Shown piece by piece: positions 12,941 through 25,593 of a stretch of 64,000 nucleotides of DNA. Under the pieces are notes generated by a model. It did no database searches and had not been told where the DNA came from. It saw nothing but the letters and a program-made list of their open reading frames with translations. Position 1 is the stretch's first letter; each line of letters begins with the position of its first letter. Position numbers and translations under genes: made by a program. This DNA comes from Octopus vulgaris (taxonomy: Eukaryota), in the NCBI GenBank assembly GCA_951406725.2, contig OX597825.1, positions 58,528,001 to 58,592,000 on the forward strand. Direction: 5' to 3'.

Positions 12941-13092
12941 GTCGTTCCCGGATTAATCAGTACCATGGAGTGGAGCGACGGTTATTCGCACAACTATTTG
13001 ACAATTATAACTCACTTTCCCGTCCTGTCCGAAATGCAAGTTCAACTGTTAGTGTAGATTTCGGACTTTCTCTCAATCAGATTTTAGACTTG
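12941..13092 (+). CDS. Exon of a Cys-loop ligand-gated ion channel subunit (nicotinic acetylcholine receptor-like), N-terminal extracellular domain
   Basis: Acceptor ctcgtttcag| (phase 1) and donor |gtaagt at 13093 (phase 0). Encodes (G)RSRINQYHGVERRLFAQLFDNYNSLSRPVRNASSTVSVDFGLSLNQILDL, matching the nAChR pattern ExRLxxxLxxxYNxxxRPVxNxSxxxxVxFGLSLxQIxDV and the conserved intron just before DEKNQ. Confidence 0.85.
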
Positions 13093-13332
13093 GTAAGTGT
13101 TTTGTAGCATTTCTATTTGTGTTGTTGCTTTGATTCTGAACATAATATACTTTATGAAACCATCTGGTTTTAGAAGACACTGAAAAAAAGGATCTTTCTC
13201 ATGCTATGTTTGACACACTGACACCCACGAATAAATACACACATGCACTCACAAACCAGACTACATATACACACGCAAACTTTTTTTTCTCTCTCCTAAA
13301 TGAAGAATGTTCCAAATATTTTGATCCCAGTA

Positions 13333-13546
13333 TACAAGGGGGTGCTGAAATGTATACAAGGAGGTGCAAAAGTCCTGGTTGGAAGACCAACCTTCTATGT
13401 TCTTTTACAGGGCTTAGAATAACTGAAGGACTGCTGCATTAAGTGGGTGAATCTGAGAGGAGAATATGTTCAATAAAATCATAATTAACTGATCCTTCTG
13501 TATTTTCTTTTACCCAAAACCAGGAACTTTTCAGCATCCCCTTGTA
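13333..13546 (+). mobile_element. Mariner-derived MITE
   Basis: TIRs TACAAGGGGGTGCTGAAA / TTTCAGCATCCCCTTGTA. The left end is duplicated at 13355, and the interior retains the transposase end (LRGEYVQ*). Confidence 0.7.
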
Positions 13547-13559
13547 CTTAATGACATAA

Positions 13560-14060
13560 TAGCCGGAAAAAAATACATTCATATCTTGCAAAATGTTTTT
13601 ATTTTTTAACAAAGTCATCAATAACTTCAGTACATTTCTTTTCACATCACTTGTGTAGCATCTCAACGCCACTGAAGTAGAACAATTCATCCTACTGAGC
13701 CAACTACTATTCTATAGGCAACTTCAATTCTTCATTGCGGACTCGTCTGACCTCCAAATTGTACTATTTTCTATTCAAAATAATAGATCTTTCTCCATTG
13801 TCTCCATAATGTTACTGTAATTGTATAGTGTGTGTTTTAGAATTATTGAAAATCTATTAAATTTATTGTTCCTAATTTTCGCTCCAATCTTTTTAGTTGT
13901 TCTAGCTAGTGCTTCATTTATACCAAATTATTTTGTAGCTTTGTCCAACCTTTTTTATTTTGAAGTTGACTTAATGTATAAATTAAAATTTCCAAAGAAA
14001 TCAACTTTGTTGACATTTGAAACTCAACTCCTCAACACTGAAAACATTTAACAAGATATA
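13560..14060 (-). pseudogene. Possible pogo/Tigger transposase N-terminal remnant
   Basis: Minus strand ATK*FGINEALARTTKKIGAKIRN resembles the CENP-B/Tigger HTH; highly decayed. Confidence 0.35.
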
Positions 14061-14199
14061 ATAACAATTACTCCTCACTTAATTTGGAAATAGGTGAAAA
14101 TCACAGGTAGAAGGGATGCTGTATTCATATTTATGATTGACAGTCTTTGTTATGAAAATCAAACAGGCTGGAGTATTGTTATAAAGAGAGATACTGGCA

Positions 14200-14830
14200 T
14201 TCAGCTTTCCACAGAGCTTTCTTGAGATATAATCCAGCAACTGCTGCAGCTCGTCAGCATGATAGGATTATCTCTTGCCTGGTGTGGCATATAATCAATA
14301 AACACTTGGAACAGAAGATTATAAACATCATCTTACCTGAACTGGGATGAATTTTAAATTTCTTAGGTAGCAAAGAATTCTTGTGCTTTCATTCCTTCAG
14401 TTTTTTTTTCTTTTTTTCCCATTCTGATGTTCTAATGGTGAATTCATGTCTCTTTTCTGATTATTAAATTGCCACTTGAATAGATCCCAATTCTCATTCA
14501 GGTATGTGAAATTTACCTCAGAATATCCCACCTTATTACCCTTTGTTTCTGGAGTCAGCATTCTCAACACCCAGGTAGCAAACATATTTGATGTGTTCAA
14601 ATATTCCCAATAATTCAATCAACCGACTCCAAACCAACCCCCTAGAGTGTTTGTTATCTCACCACTCATTATCTCTTCCTTTATAATACTTTTAACAACT
14701 GTCCATGTTCTCCTGGGAAGGCTCTTTCAGAGAACATCCTGACTGCTCCAACTTCAAGGGACCTCTTTCATCTATAGCGTTTGACTGTTGCACATTAACG
14801 GCAATCCTCATTGTACATATTTTGCTTGTG
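14200..14830 (-). pseudogene. Degenerate mariner transposase remnant
   Basis: LNTSNMFATWVLRMLTPETK (WVPRxL motif) and KFKIHPSSGKMM (KFKxxPSAGKVM). Confidence 0.65.
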
Positions 14831-15281
14831 ATCATAGATTTTTCTATGGCACAAATGATCTCCTCTTAGGGCTTGAAAGCATTTCAGTCTCCAGTAGTTT
14901 CTGACAATCTACTAGGTTCAAGTGATCCCCATAATAGGGTACTGCATCCATATCTGGTAAGATGTAGCTGCTGTGCATGCTGACATCTAGGGCCACATCT
15001 AGAGAAGGGCACTTGACTGATTGGCATTTACCACTCTGTATTCTATCTGATGGTTCACCATTGTGATGTTCCCTCTTTCTGTCACTACTGTATTAGCTTC
15101 TGCTTCTCAGAGCTGGCTGGTCTCATACCCCAACCACTTGGGTATCTCTGACTCACTCATTTCTCCATTTCTTATTTACCTTATTACATCTAATCCTTTT
15201 ATCCCTGCACTAACCTTTGTGCTTATACCTATCTATCTAGCTAACTACCTCGGTATTCATCCATCCATCCATCCACATGTC

Positions 15282-15321
<40 letters not shown>

Positions 15322-16002
15322 AGTGTTAGACTGAGCACATGATAATAAATCAATATTGATATCATACAAAAGCTCAATAGCTCAACATGCTCATATCCAA
15401 TCATAGAATATACTGACAGGTTAATAACTTTATGACAAGACAGAAAGAAAGAGAAAGTGTTCATGCATGTGTGTGTGTGTGATGAAATGATGGATGACTC
15501 TTAGCAAGGAAGCAGGAACATTGACAATTCATGGGAAGAATGAACTATGATGAATACAATACAATCCTGTACTAAGATTGTTGTTACTAACTTGTCATTT
15601 CTCGAGTGGAATAGTGTCTCTAAACTTATGGAGAATTGAGAGTTGTGTGAATTCTCAGGAGAATTACAACTTCCATGCTTGCATGTGTACTTGCATTTAT
15701 TTGTTCATACATTCATACCTATATGTATGTATGTATGTATTATGTATGTATGTATGTATGTATTATGTATGTATGTATGTATGTATGTATATATGTGTGT
15801 GTGTGTGTATATATATATATATGTGTGTATGTATGTGTGTATATATATTTATATATGTATGTATATATATATGTATGTATGTATATATATATATGTATGT
15901 GTGTATATATATTTATATATGTATGTATGTATGTATATATGTATGTATGTATGTATGTATATATGTATGTATGTATATATATATATATGTATGTATGTAT
16001 AT

Positions 16003-16057
<55 letters not shown>

Positions 16058-17183
16058 TGTCTGTCTATCTATCTATCTATCTGTCTATCTACCTCGCCAT
16101 CCATCTGTCCATCTAGTGTATTGGAGAATGGTAAAGCAAGCATAGTATTCCTAATATTCATAGAGTAGTGCTCAGGTAGTTCTAACATTTATTTACTACC
16201 TACTGCCAGGCATCTCCTACTCATTGTCTACACTTTGACAGACGTCCCTGTTGTCTCGATCACTTCCATACCCACGCAACCTATTTTATTTCTCTTTTCT
16301 CTGGTCACCATCAACTGATGTCCTCATACCACCATTTCTACTTCAGTTACCCCACTCCTCTCCCCCTTCCCATCTTTACCTCTGAGTTTTTTTTTTCTTC
16401 CTTACCACTCCACTCTACTGCAACACCATGCTTCATCTTTGTAAACACTTGTGAAATACACTTTTAGCCAGAATCCTCTGATGTAGGTAACATGATTATG
16501 CCTTATTGATCTATCAGAACTCATATTGTTCCATACACCTGTGATATTATGGATCTTTATTATTATTATTATTATTATTATGATGTAATGAACTTGGTTA
16601 TAGCATAAGCCATGTTTCACCTGAAACAGCTGTCAAGATAAGACTATTACGTAATTCCTTTTGTTTATTTTGTGTAAATATGCTCATCAAGCCTACTTGT
16701 GGTTATCTGCCTTTTTAGTTATATATAAATAAATAAATATATATATTGTCTGAATTTTATGGTGTTAATTATCCATCATGGCTGGTCTTATCAACCACTT
16801 TCACATGAATTTATATAATGGAGTGTTAAGCAACAAACTGGTTATACAATATATGCTCAACAGAGATAGCCGACATGGAGGGGGAAATGGTGACCACTCT
16901 CCACTATTCTTTATAATATAATAGCTTGCCTGAAATTCTGTAAATAATATAATACCCTGGCAGTCGCTATTTCCCCTTCCATATCGGCTAACTCTGATGA
17001 GCGTATATTGTATAACTGATTTGTTGCCTAAAACCCCATTATATAATTTCACATGAAACCAGTTGGTAAGACCAGCCATGATTGGTAATTAACACTATAA
17101 AATTCAGACAATATATCCACTCTACTAACAGTTATACAAGGGCATCTTCTCCCTGACTTATGGTCTCTTAGATGACTCAAGCA

Positions 17184-17216
<33 letters not shown>

Positions 17217-17249
17217 CATACACACATATATACACACACACACACTTCA

Positions 17250-17480
17250 CAGTGTAATTATATGTGTATTGTGTTCTTGAGTGAAACACTTTATCTCACG
17301 TTACACTGCAATCACTTTCACATCTGACATATGGCATACCCTTCACCTGTACATACAGTGTCGATTTGATGGAGTTACTGAGTTTGTGTGCAGTACAAAC
17401 TTTTGATCACTATAAACAAATCACCTGTGTTGGTTGTTCAAAAAGAAATTGCAGAACTGTTTTTCTTGGATCGGAAGGCT
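17250..17480 (+). mobile_element. SINE family C variant (shared with 46560-46860)
   Basis: TTGTGTTCTTGAGTGAAACACTTTATCTCAC...TTGATCACTATAAACAAATCA is also present at 46640-46800. Confidence 0.55.
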
Positions 17481-19701
17481 ACCAAGCAGACAATTATTAT
17501 GTTTAATGCTGTTGAAAATTCTCATGTTAGCAGCATTGCACACAACTTGGCAGTGTTTAAGACAATTCACACTAGAATGAACTGTTCAATTGTGAGTAGA
17601 GATATAAATAAGGGTTGTGGATATTGTATTTGTGGCTCTTGAACCAATGATTAATGAGTGCAAAGATTTGATTGACATCTAAGGAGTTTATCTCTTAAAG
17701 CTGATTAGTAGGAAATGACATTATATCCAAAAGAGGAAGTTGTTGCTGGCTAATACTTTCTGTTCCTAGTCAGTCATTTGCAAGGTTGACAAACAGATAA
17801 TATGAAATTTTGCAGAGATCACAACTCATTGACCTGTTTGTAAATGGACAGAGTCTACAGAATTTCTCAAAGTCACACAAACACACATGAACACACACAC
17901 ACGCACAAAACCATGTAAATCCACATACCTACCCACACATACACATACACATTAATAAAAGTTTGGCTTCACAGAGAGAGCTATATAGATTTCAGTACAT
18001 AATATGGAATATATGTATTATCTTTATTAGATGGAGAACACAGGAGTGACTCAAAGGCCTAGAGTTTCATGGTGAAACCTTCAACAAATTCGATTCGAGT
18101 TTTGGAAGTGCTTTGGCACAAAATTCTTGGTCCTTGAGTCACTGACCAATATAAATAATATAAATAAATAAATCTATCCATCCATTTACCTCTCTCTCTC
18201 ACTGTTTGTATATATGCCGACACCAATCTCATGAAAATACAAATTGACCAACCGCCCAACTGTTTGAACTTTGAAGGTTACAGACTCACAGCCACTTGAT
18301 CTGATGCTCTACTCTTCATCCCTACTCATTGTTTAATAACCTTTTAAGGTTATCTTGACAAATATTTTCTATATAGATTATAGCCAGCACTGATTTTTGT
18401 TACAATGTTTCATGTCCAAGATGTCACACGTTTGTTTGTTTGTTTGTTTACATCTGACATCTTGGATAAAAAATGTTGTAACAAAAGTCAGTGCTAGCTA
18501 TAATTTCTATAGAATATCTGTAAAGATAACCTTAATAAGTACATAAAATGGAGTATATATATTATTTTTATTAGACAGGGAACATTAATTTCTATTTCAA
18601 TTTTCAAATCTTCACTTAATGAAATACTGCATCCCAATTTTTAAATCATAAACTTTTAAATCAAGCTGTTGATATAACCTCAACTTAGAAGAAACACCAT
18701 TCAATTATAGACAGTGATCTGTTGTTCATCATTGCTCCAAGTACTTTCATTTTCCTTCTTCTGTGTGTATACAAACATGCCCATCCTAATGCTACTATTC
18801 TTTCCTGTAATGTGCATTGTGTTTGATTAACTACCTTGTTGGACTGGCGATGGTCCTGGAGGGCATCATTATACAGTTTCTAAAAACATAATATTTAAGC
18901 AGTTATAATTTTCTGCTACGACAATGGTTTGATTCCTGGCTACAAGATTCTACTGTGTATGACACATCAGTTTGACCATTCATAGTTCTGTTAAAAATGA
19001 ATGTGAGTGCCTTCTATATGTATGTATGCATGTGTGTGTGTGTATGAATGTATGTATGTATGTGTAAGCATGCATGTATGTATGAATGTGTGTGTGTGTG
19101 TGCATTCATATATGTGTGTACATATGCTTGTATAGACAACTTTGTTTTTCAATCAACTGGAAAGATGGGGGTATTTTGTGGTTTGGTCAGAGAAGAAAAG
19201 GTTGCATTTGTGCCCTTTGATGGAGTGGCAAAGAGGAAGAAGCTACTAACCATGGGTTACTAGGCAGGCAGACTATCAGGAAGTTAGGTAGGTGCACAGG
19301 CAGTCAGACAGGAAGTCAGGCAGGTAGGATGGCTGGTTTCCAGTTATATTATAACTCACATGCAGGAAAATTGGACTGGGGACTGTTGTTACTGCTACCT
19401 TCAGTACTTTTGGAGTAAGAGAGGAAGGGAGAGAGAGAGAGGGAGGGAGATAGAGCTTTTACTAAAAAATAGAAGATAGGATGAAGATTCCCTTTATGGG
19501 GAGAGAAGCACTTCAGGGTTTATAATTTTTTTTAATAATGTGAGATCTTTTTTTATGAGTGACAGAGCATATGAGATAATATTTCCATATTATCCTTTAT
19601 TTTTCTTTTTAAGTGTCCTAGTAGTTGTAGATAGTACCATTTCACCCTTATTGTGGACTCCTCAGTACAACATAACTGAAGATAATAAAATTGGTTGGTC
19701 T

Positions 19702-19862
19702 ATCATCATCATCATCATCATCATCATCGTTTAGCATCCGCTTTCCATGCTAGCATGGGTTGGACGGTTCAACTGGGGTCTGGGAAGCCAGAAGGCTGCA
19801 CCAGGCCCAGTCTGATCTGGCAATGTTTCTACGGCTGGATGCCCTTCCTAACGCCAACCACT
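19702..19862 (-). mobile_element. RTE 3' end
   Basis: (CAT)n followed by CGTTTAGCATCCGCTTTCCATGCTAGCATGGGTTGGACG...GGATGCCCTTCCTAACGCCAACCA. Confidence 0.8.
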
Positions 19863-21935
19863 TGGCAATGAAAGACTCAAGGTCATTTATAACTAAAATT
19901 AACCTTTACTGTAAAAATATATACATTATAGTTTCCTTCCTTTTTATCATACAATTATTGCTTTTAATTAAATTTAAATTGAATGTAAATCAGAAATCAG
20001 TGTATCATTTAAATATTGAATTTTCCTCAAAGTGGGGACCTGCTCTTGATTACTTGCAAATATATTGATTCTGTGGTGGTGTTAAACCTGGTGAAGGGCT
20101 AAGTTCAAAACCCCAGTGCAACCAATTTTATTAACAGTTTAGTGAACTGAGCCAAGAAAAGAGAGAGAGAGAGAGAGAGTTAAGGAGTCTTTTATATGAA
20201 TACGGCCCCAGGTGGATGCCACAATTTCAGTCTGTCCACTTATATACTTGGAACCTGTAGGTGGCACTTTGCCTATTCAATCGGTCGCATCTCCTATAAA
20301 CACATGCTTAGACATACGAAATTGGTTGCTAGGTGCACTCCATTGTAGAACAATGCTATAACAGGAACAATTTTATCGATTCTTCTTTTATATTTCCCAA
20401 TCTTTTCCATTAATTTCTATTTTAATTTTCAAATCTTCGCAAGAAAGACAAAAAAAAAACACAAAAAACCAAAGGGTAAAAAGATGTGAAAGAAAAATGA
20501 AAGACAATTGCAGCCATGTTTGTTTTCGGTTGAGTTTCTTTCTCTCTTTCTTTCTTTCTGTCTTTCTTTCATTTTTAAGAATTCATTGAAATATTCGGTT
20601 TTTGTTTTGTAATTCTGAATTAAAATTAGCATTTTGGAATATTTTATCTGTAATAAAGCACTATATCTATATAGTGAACTAGTATATAATTTTATTGAAA
20701 TAACCCCATAATGAAAAAAATATATAATAACATAAATGAATAAAAGGAGGAGGAGGAGGAGAACAAGATCAAAAACAGAGTGTGAGAGCAAATCAAATAA
20801 CTTCAACCTAAAACTGGAAGTCAATGTTGTTTGCAGACGATTTCGTAGGGGATGGAAGACAACAAACATTAAGAGAATCTGATTTACATTCAATTTAAAT
20901 TTAATTAAACAGTAAGATAAAAAGGAAAGAAACTGCAACAGTCATATTTTTATAGCAAAGGAATTACTGATATAATGTAACTGGAATTCTGACTATCTGG
21001 CAGTCTGTCTGTCTGGCAGTCTGTCTGTCTATTTTCGTGGCATATCAACATCACATACCAGAACTGAATTGGAGGTGAACTGAATTACCAGTCTATAACT
21101 ATAGCAAAACATTGATGTCTATCACTCCCAAATAACATTTGGAGTGAGGTGTCTTGCCTGTCCATGATTTTCAAATGTTGTAACACTTGGCGCTTTGAGG
21201 GTGTCATCCTCACCACACAAGTTCGCAGCCTACTGACAAACAAGTAAGGTGTGTGTATTGAATATGTGTGGTTGATAATGTTTACAACTCTAGCACTGCT
21301 TCTAATAGATATTTGAATTTATTCTCATGTATGTGTCATTGGGGCACACCAGCAAATGGTCTTTACACAGTTTATATATAGTCATAGACTGGCAATTCAG
21401 TTTGCTTCCGATTTGGTTCAAGTATGTGATGTTGTTAAGCCACAAAAATGGCGAAACATTCATGTCTATTGATCCTGAATTGGATTCAGTCTTGTCGGTT
21501 CATGACTTTCAGGTATTTTAACACCTGGCACTTTGCTGGAGTCATCACCACCGTGCTAATTTGCTGCCTACTGGCAAACAAACTGTTTGTATGCATTGAG
21601 TATGAGTGGTCAATAATGTTTACAACACTAGCACAGCTTGTAATTCACATTTGAATATATATATATATATATATATATTTTTAAGTTTCAGCTCAAAGCT
21701 GCGGCCATGCTGATGCACCGCCGTTTAAAAGGATTTTCCATCCGCATGGGAGTCGAACACACATTCCTTTGTTAATGTGACTAAGCGTGTCACCTTTACA
21801 CCAGTGAATCAGCCTATATATATATAGGTATGGCTATGTGGTGAAAAGTTTCCTTCTCAATCATATATCTCTGAGTCTAGTACCATGTGACCAAAGCCTT
21901 GTGAATGGATTTGGTAGACAGAAATTGAAACTAGT

Positions 21936-21978
<43 letters not shown>

Positions 21979-22181
21979 GTGTGTATGCAAACAATAAAAA
22001 TAGAACTCCAAATATGAGCATATGTATATTTTTATTTATATTAAGCGGAAGCATCAGAGTGACTCAAAGTTCAAGAGTTGGCATTTATCAAACTATTTTG
22101 ATAAGTGTTACTTTTGTGACTAGTTTGATAAGCGCCAATGCATGAAGCTCTCAGAGCTTGAGTCACTCGGTTACTTTTGCT

Positions 22182-22337
22182 TGGCTGTGTGGTAAGTAGC
22201 TTGCTTACCAACAACATGGTTCCAGGTTTAGCCCCACTGTGTAGCACTTTCAGCAAGTGTCTTCTACTATAGCCTCAGGCCGACCAAAGTCTTGTGAGTG
22301 GATTTGGTAGATGGAAACTGAAAGAAGCCCATCGTAT

Positions 22338-22374
<37 letters not shown>

Positions 22375-22580
22375 AATGTTTGTGTGTCTTTGTTTGCCTC
22401 CCTACCCCGCCATCGCTTGACAACTGATGTTGGTGTGTTTATGTCCCTGTAACTTAGCGGTTTGGCAAAATAAACTGATACAATAAGTACTAGACTTAAA
22501 AGGCTTAGTCCTGAGGTCGATTTGTTCGACTAAAGGCAGTGCTCCAGCATGGCTGCAGAGAACTGAAACAAGTAAAAGAT
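22182..22580 (+). mobile_element. SINE family A, near full length
   Basis: Head, central (CA)/(TA) microsatellite and GGTCGATTTGTTCGACTAAAGGCAGTGCTCCAGCATGG tail. Confidence 0.8.
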
Positions 22581-22595
22581 GTATGTGTATATATA

Positions 22596-22747
22596 CAGGG
22601 GTTGAACAAAATAATGGAAACACCTTAAAATTTCAAAACAAATTTATTTTAATATGAGGTAGAACCTCCTTTGGCAGTAATTAAACCTTGAATTCTACGA
22701 GGTATGGACTTGTACAAAGTTTGAATTGTTTCCAAAGGAATTTTTGT
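22596..22747 (-). mobile_element. Tc1 3'-end fragment with TIR, same family as 10757-11983
   Basis: TA-CAGGGGTTGAACAAAATAATGGAAACAC, then sequence nearly matching 10757-10862 (transposase C-terminus AKGGSTSY*). Confidence 0.85.
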
Positions 22748-22759
22748 TTTTACATACAT

Positions 22760-22870
<111 letters not shown>

Positions 22871-22959
22871 TACATACACACACACATACATACATACATA
22901 CATACATACATACATACATACATACATACATACATACAGCACATGATGTTAAGGTCCTT

Positions 22960-23640
22960 CTGAATGTTACACACATTTATGTTCAAAGGATCTATGGAAG
23001 CTGATACAACCAAACTGATCTGTTGTATTACGGAAAAATCTTGTAACCAAGAATGAAACCACTGACTTGACAGAAAACCATAGAGCTACTGCTTAAACAT
23101 TATGTAAAAGTTCTTGCAAGCTGTTTAAATGATTTCCTCATGGACCATTGTGATTCCAACAAGTTAGTAAGTGACAAGTAGGCAGGTGGAAAGAAAGGAA
23201 TATGGCAATGTGTAATACAACTTTTGATTTATAAATCTGAGCTGCCTGAAGTCAGAAAACATCAACAGAACCTCTTGTTAGTATGATTAATGGAATCACT
23301 GTACTTGACAAAAGTACTTGCTTTCCCACTTGCTGTCATTGAAAGACTCACCAGTAGAGAAAACATGTCTCTGGTGTTATAAATCTTTCAGAAGGAAATT
23401 TACAAGATATCCCTGTATCTCTGTTTATTTTGGCACTAAAATCACTTGCCATTGATTTTAAATTAATGTAACACATTCTCTCTTTGTAAGACAATCTAAA
23501 GATCTATACTGAGAAGATTTATAATGTTGAGAAACAGCTGGATTAAATAACAATTTCAACTGATATAGGAATGGAATTTGGCCAAAAGAAATGCTCATAT
23601 AAGATAGCTGAAAGTGGAAATCTGCTTCCTAAAACTCAAA
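22960..23640 (+). pseudogene. Degenerate R4/Dong-like non-LTR reverse transcriptase remnant
   Basis: ISTDIGMEFGQKKC near 23550-23595 resembles the FSxDIxMEFGxxKC RT motif of R4/Dong elements; the rest is decayed. Confidence 0.5.
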
Positions 23641-23651
23641 CCTATACATCA

Positions 23652-23693
<42 letters not shown>

Positions 23694-23861
23694 CTCTGTT
23701 CCACACAATGAATATTACAAACTCAGTACTTGACTGTTACTTTATTTTATCCATCCCAGGTGGACAAAAGGCAAAGTTGACCTTAGCAGTATTTGAACTC
23801 AGAATGTAGAAAGCCAGAAGAAATACTCCAATTTTTTTTTGCCTGACACTATAAGAATTCT

Positions 23862-24155
23862 GTGGAGGCACAATGGCCCAGTGGTTAGGGCAGCAGACTT
23901 GTGATCGGAAGATCGCAATTTCGATTCCCAGACTGGACGTTGTGTGTGTTTATTGAGCGAAAACACTCAAAAGTTCCACGAGGCTCTGGCAGGGGGTGGT
24001 GACAACCCCTGTTGTACTCTTTCGCCACAACTTTCTCTCACTCTCTTTTCCTGTTTCTTGAGTAACGCTGCGATAGACTGGCATCCCGTCCAGCTGAGAG
24101 GAACACATACGCCACAGAAACCAGGAAACTGGGCCCATGAGCCTGGCTAGGCTTG
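23862..24155 (+). mobile_element. SINE local family C (tRNA head plus V-domain-like core)
   Basis: GTGGAGGCACAATGGCCCAGTGGTTAGGGC...TTCGATTCC head, and GCTGCGATAGACTGGCATCCCGTCCAG core. Confidence 0.75.
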
Positions 24156-24446
24156 AAAAAGAATTCTTCCAAATCACTATCTTGCTGTATTTCATGTAAT
24201 GCTAATAAGAACTCTTATTGACATTATATTGAAAAACCTTAGAATGACATTGTAAATTAATAAAAGTTACATCAATACACAATTACTATCTATGTATATT
24301 CTACGTTTTGCATACATATGAAATAAATTTAATCAAAAAATTGGAGAGTATATGATAGGTACCACTTTGGTGTGTGATCTACTTGGCCATTTACATGTTA
24401 GTATGCAGTCTACATGACCATTTACACTTTAATGTGCAGTTTAATT

Positions 24447-24513
24447 CTAATCCTAATTCTAACCCTAACCCTAATCCTAACCCTAACTTGAAACCCTAAC
24501 CCTAACCCCAACC
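24447..24513. repeat. Degenerate (CCCTAA)n telomere-like tract
   Basis: CTAACCCTAACCCTAATCCTAACCCTAAC...CCCTAACCCTAACCCCAACC. Confidence 0.8.
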
Positions 24514-25114
24514 AAGATTAGGTAATTTCACTACAAAGCCTATGGGTTCTGCAGGTGATTGCATACTAAAGAAGCACCAGAGCATTGGGCTCACAATCAA
24601 GAAGTAGTGAGTTTGATTCCAAGACCGGGCTGTGTGTTGTGCTTTAAAGCAAGACACTTTATTTCACATTGCTCCAGTTCACTCAGCTGTAGAAATGAGT
24701 TGCAATGTCACTAGCGCCTTTCCTTTGGACAACATCAGTGGCATGGAGATGGAAGGCTGGTATGCATGGGCAACTGCTGGTCTTCCATAAACAACCTTGC
24801 CTAAAATTGTGCCTCGGAAAGAAACCTTCTCGGTGCAATCCCATGGTTACTCACGACCAGAGTGGGTCTATACTCTTTACCCTATATAACATTTAAACAC
24901 ACACACGCACAAACACACATGTAAAGAGAATGTTATTTGAAATACATTTCATAGCAGAAACAGCTGTAAGCTCATGAAGTTCATTACATAACCCTTATTT
25001 TTTCTGGTGTCATCTGTTTCTGCTTCTTACCACTCTATTCTCATCTGATGTTTTGTTCTGAAACATATGTATACTGAGTTCTACACCAGGTTATTAGTCT
25101 CACTATGCCTAAGC

Positions 25115-25205
<91 letters not shown>

Positions 25206-25561
25206 AATTAAATAATAAGGGTAGAATTTGACATTAATCAATTAAAACCAGTGTCTTAGCATATATAAAAAGTCTGAAGATTAAAAACTGTTACATACAA
25301 AATTTAGAGGAATGACCACTAAAGTGGACACCCCATATGCTAAACATAGACATCAAATCACCATTACCATGAAGAATGTGTTCTCAAGAAAAATCTCAGC
25401 AAAAAACCAAAATGTAAAAATAAGCAAGACAAATGAAAATATACATTTTGGTTTTTTTACTGAGATTTTTTTTGAGAACATATTTTTTGTGGTAATGGCA
25501 ATTTGACGTCTATGTTTAGCATATGGGGTGGCCACTTTAGTGGTCATTCCTCTAAATTTCG

Positions 25562-25593
<32 letters not shown>

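Noticed and set aside
20429-20938. 169-aa hydrophobic minus-strand ORF
   Set aside because: It arises from T-rich low-complexity sequence and has no recognisable domain.
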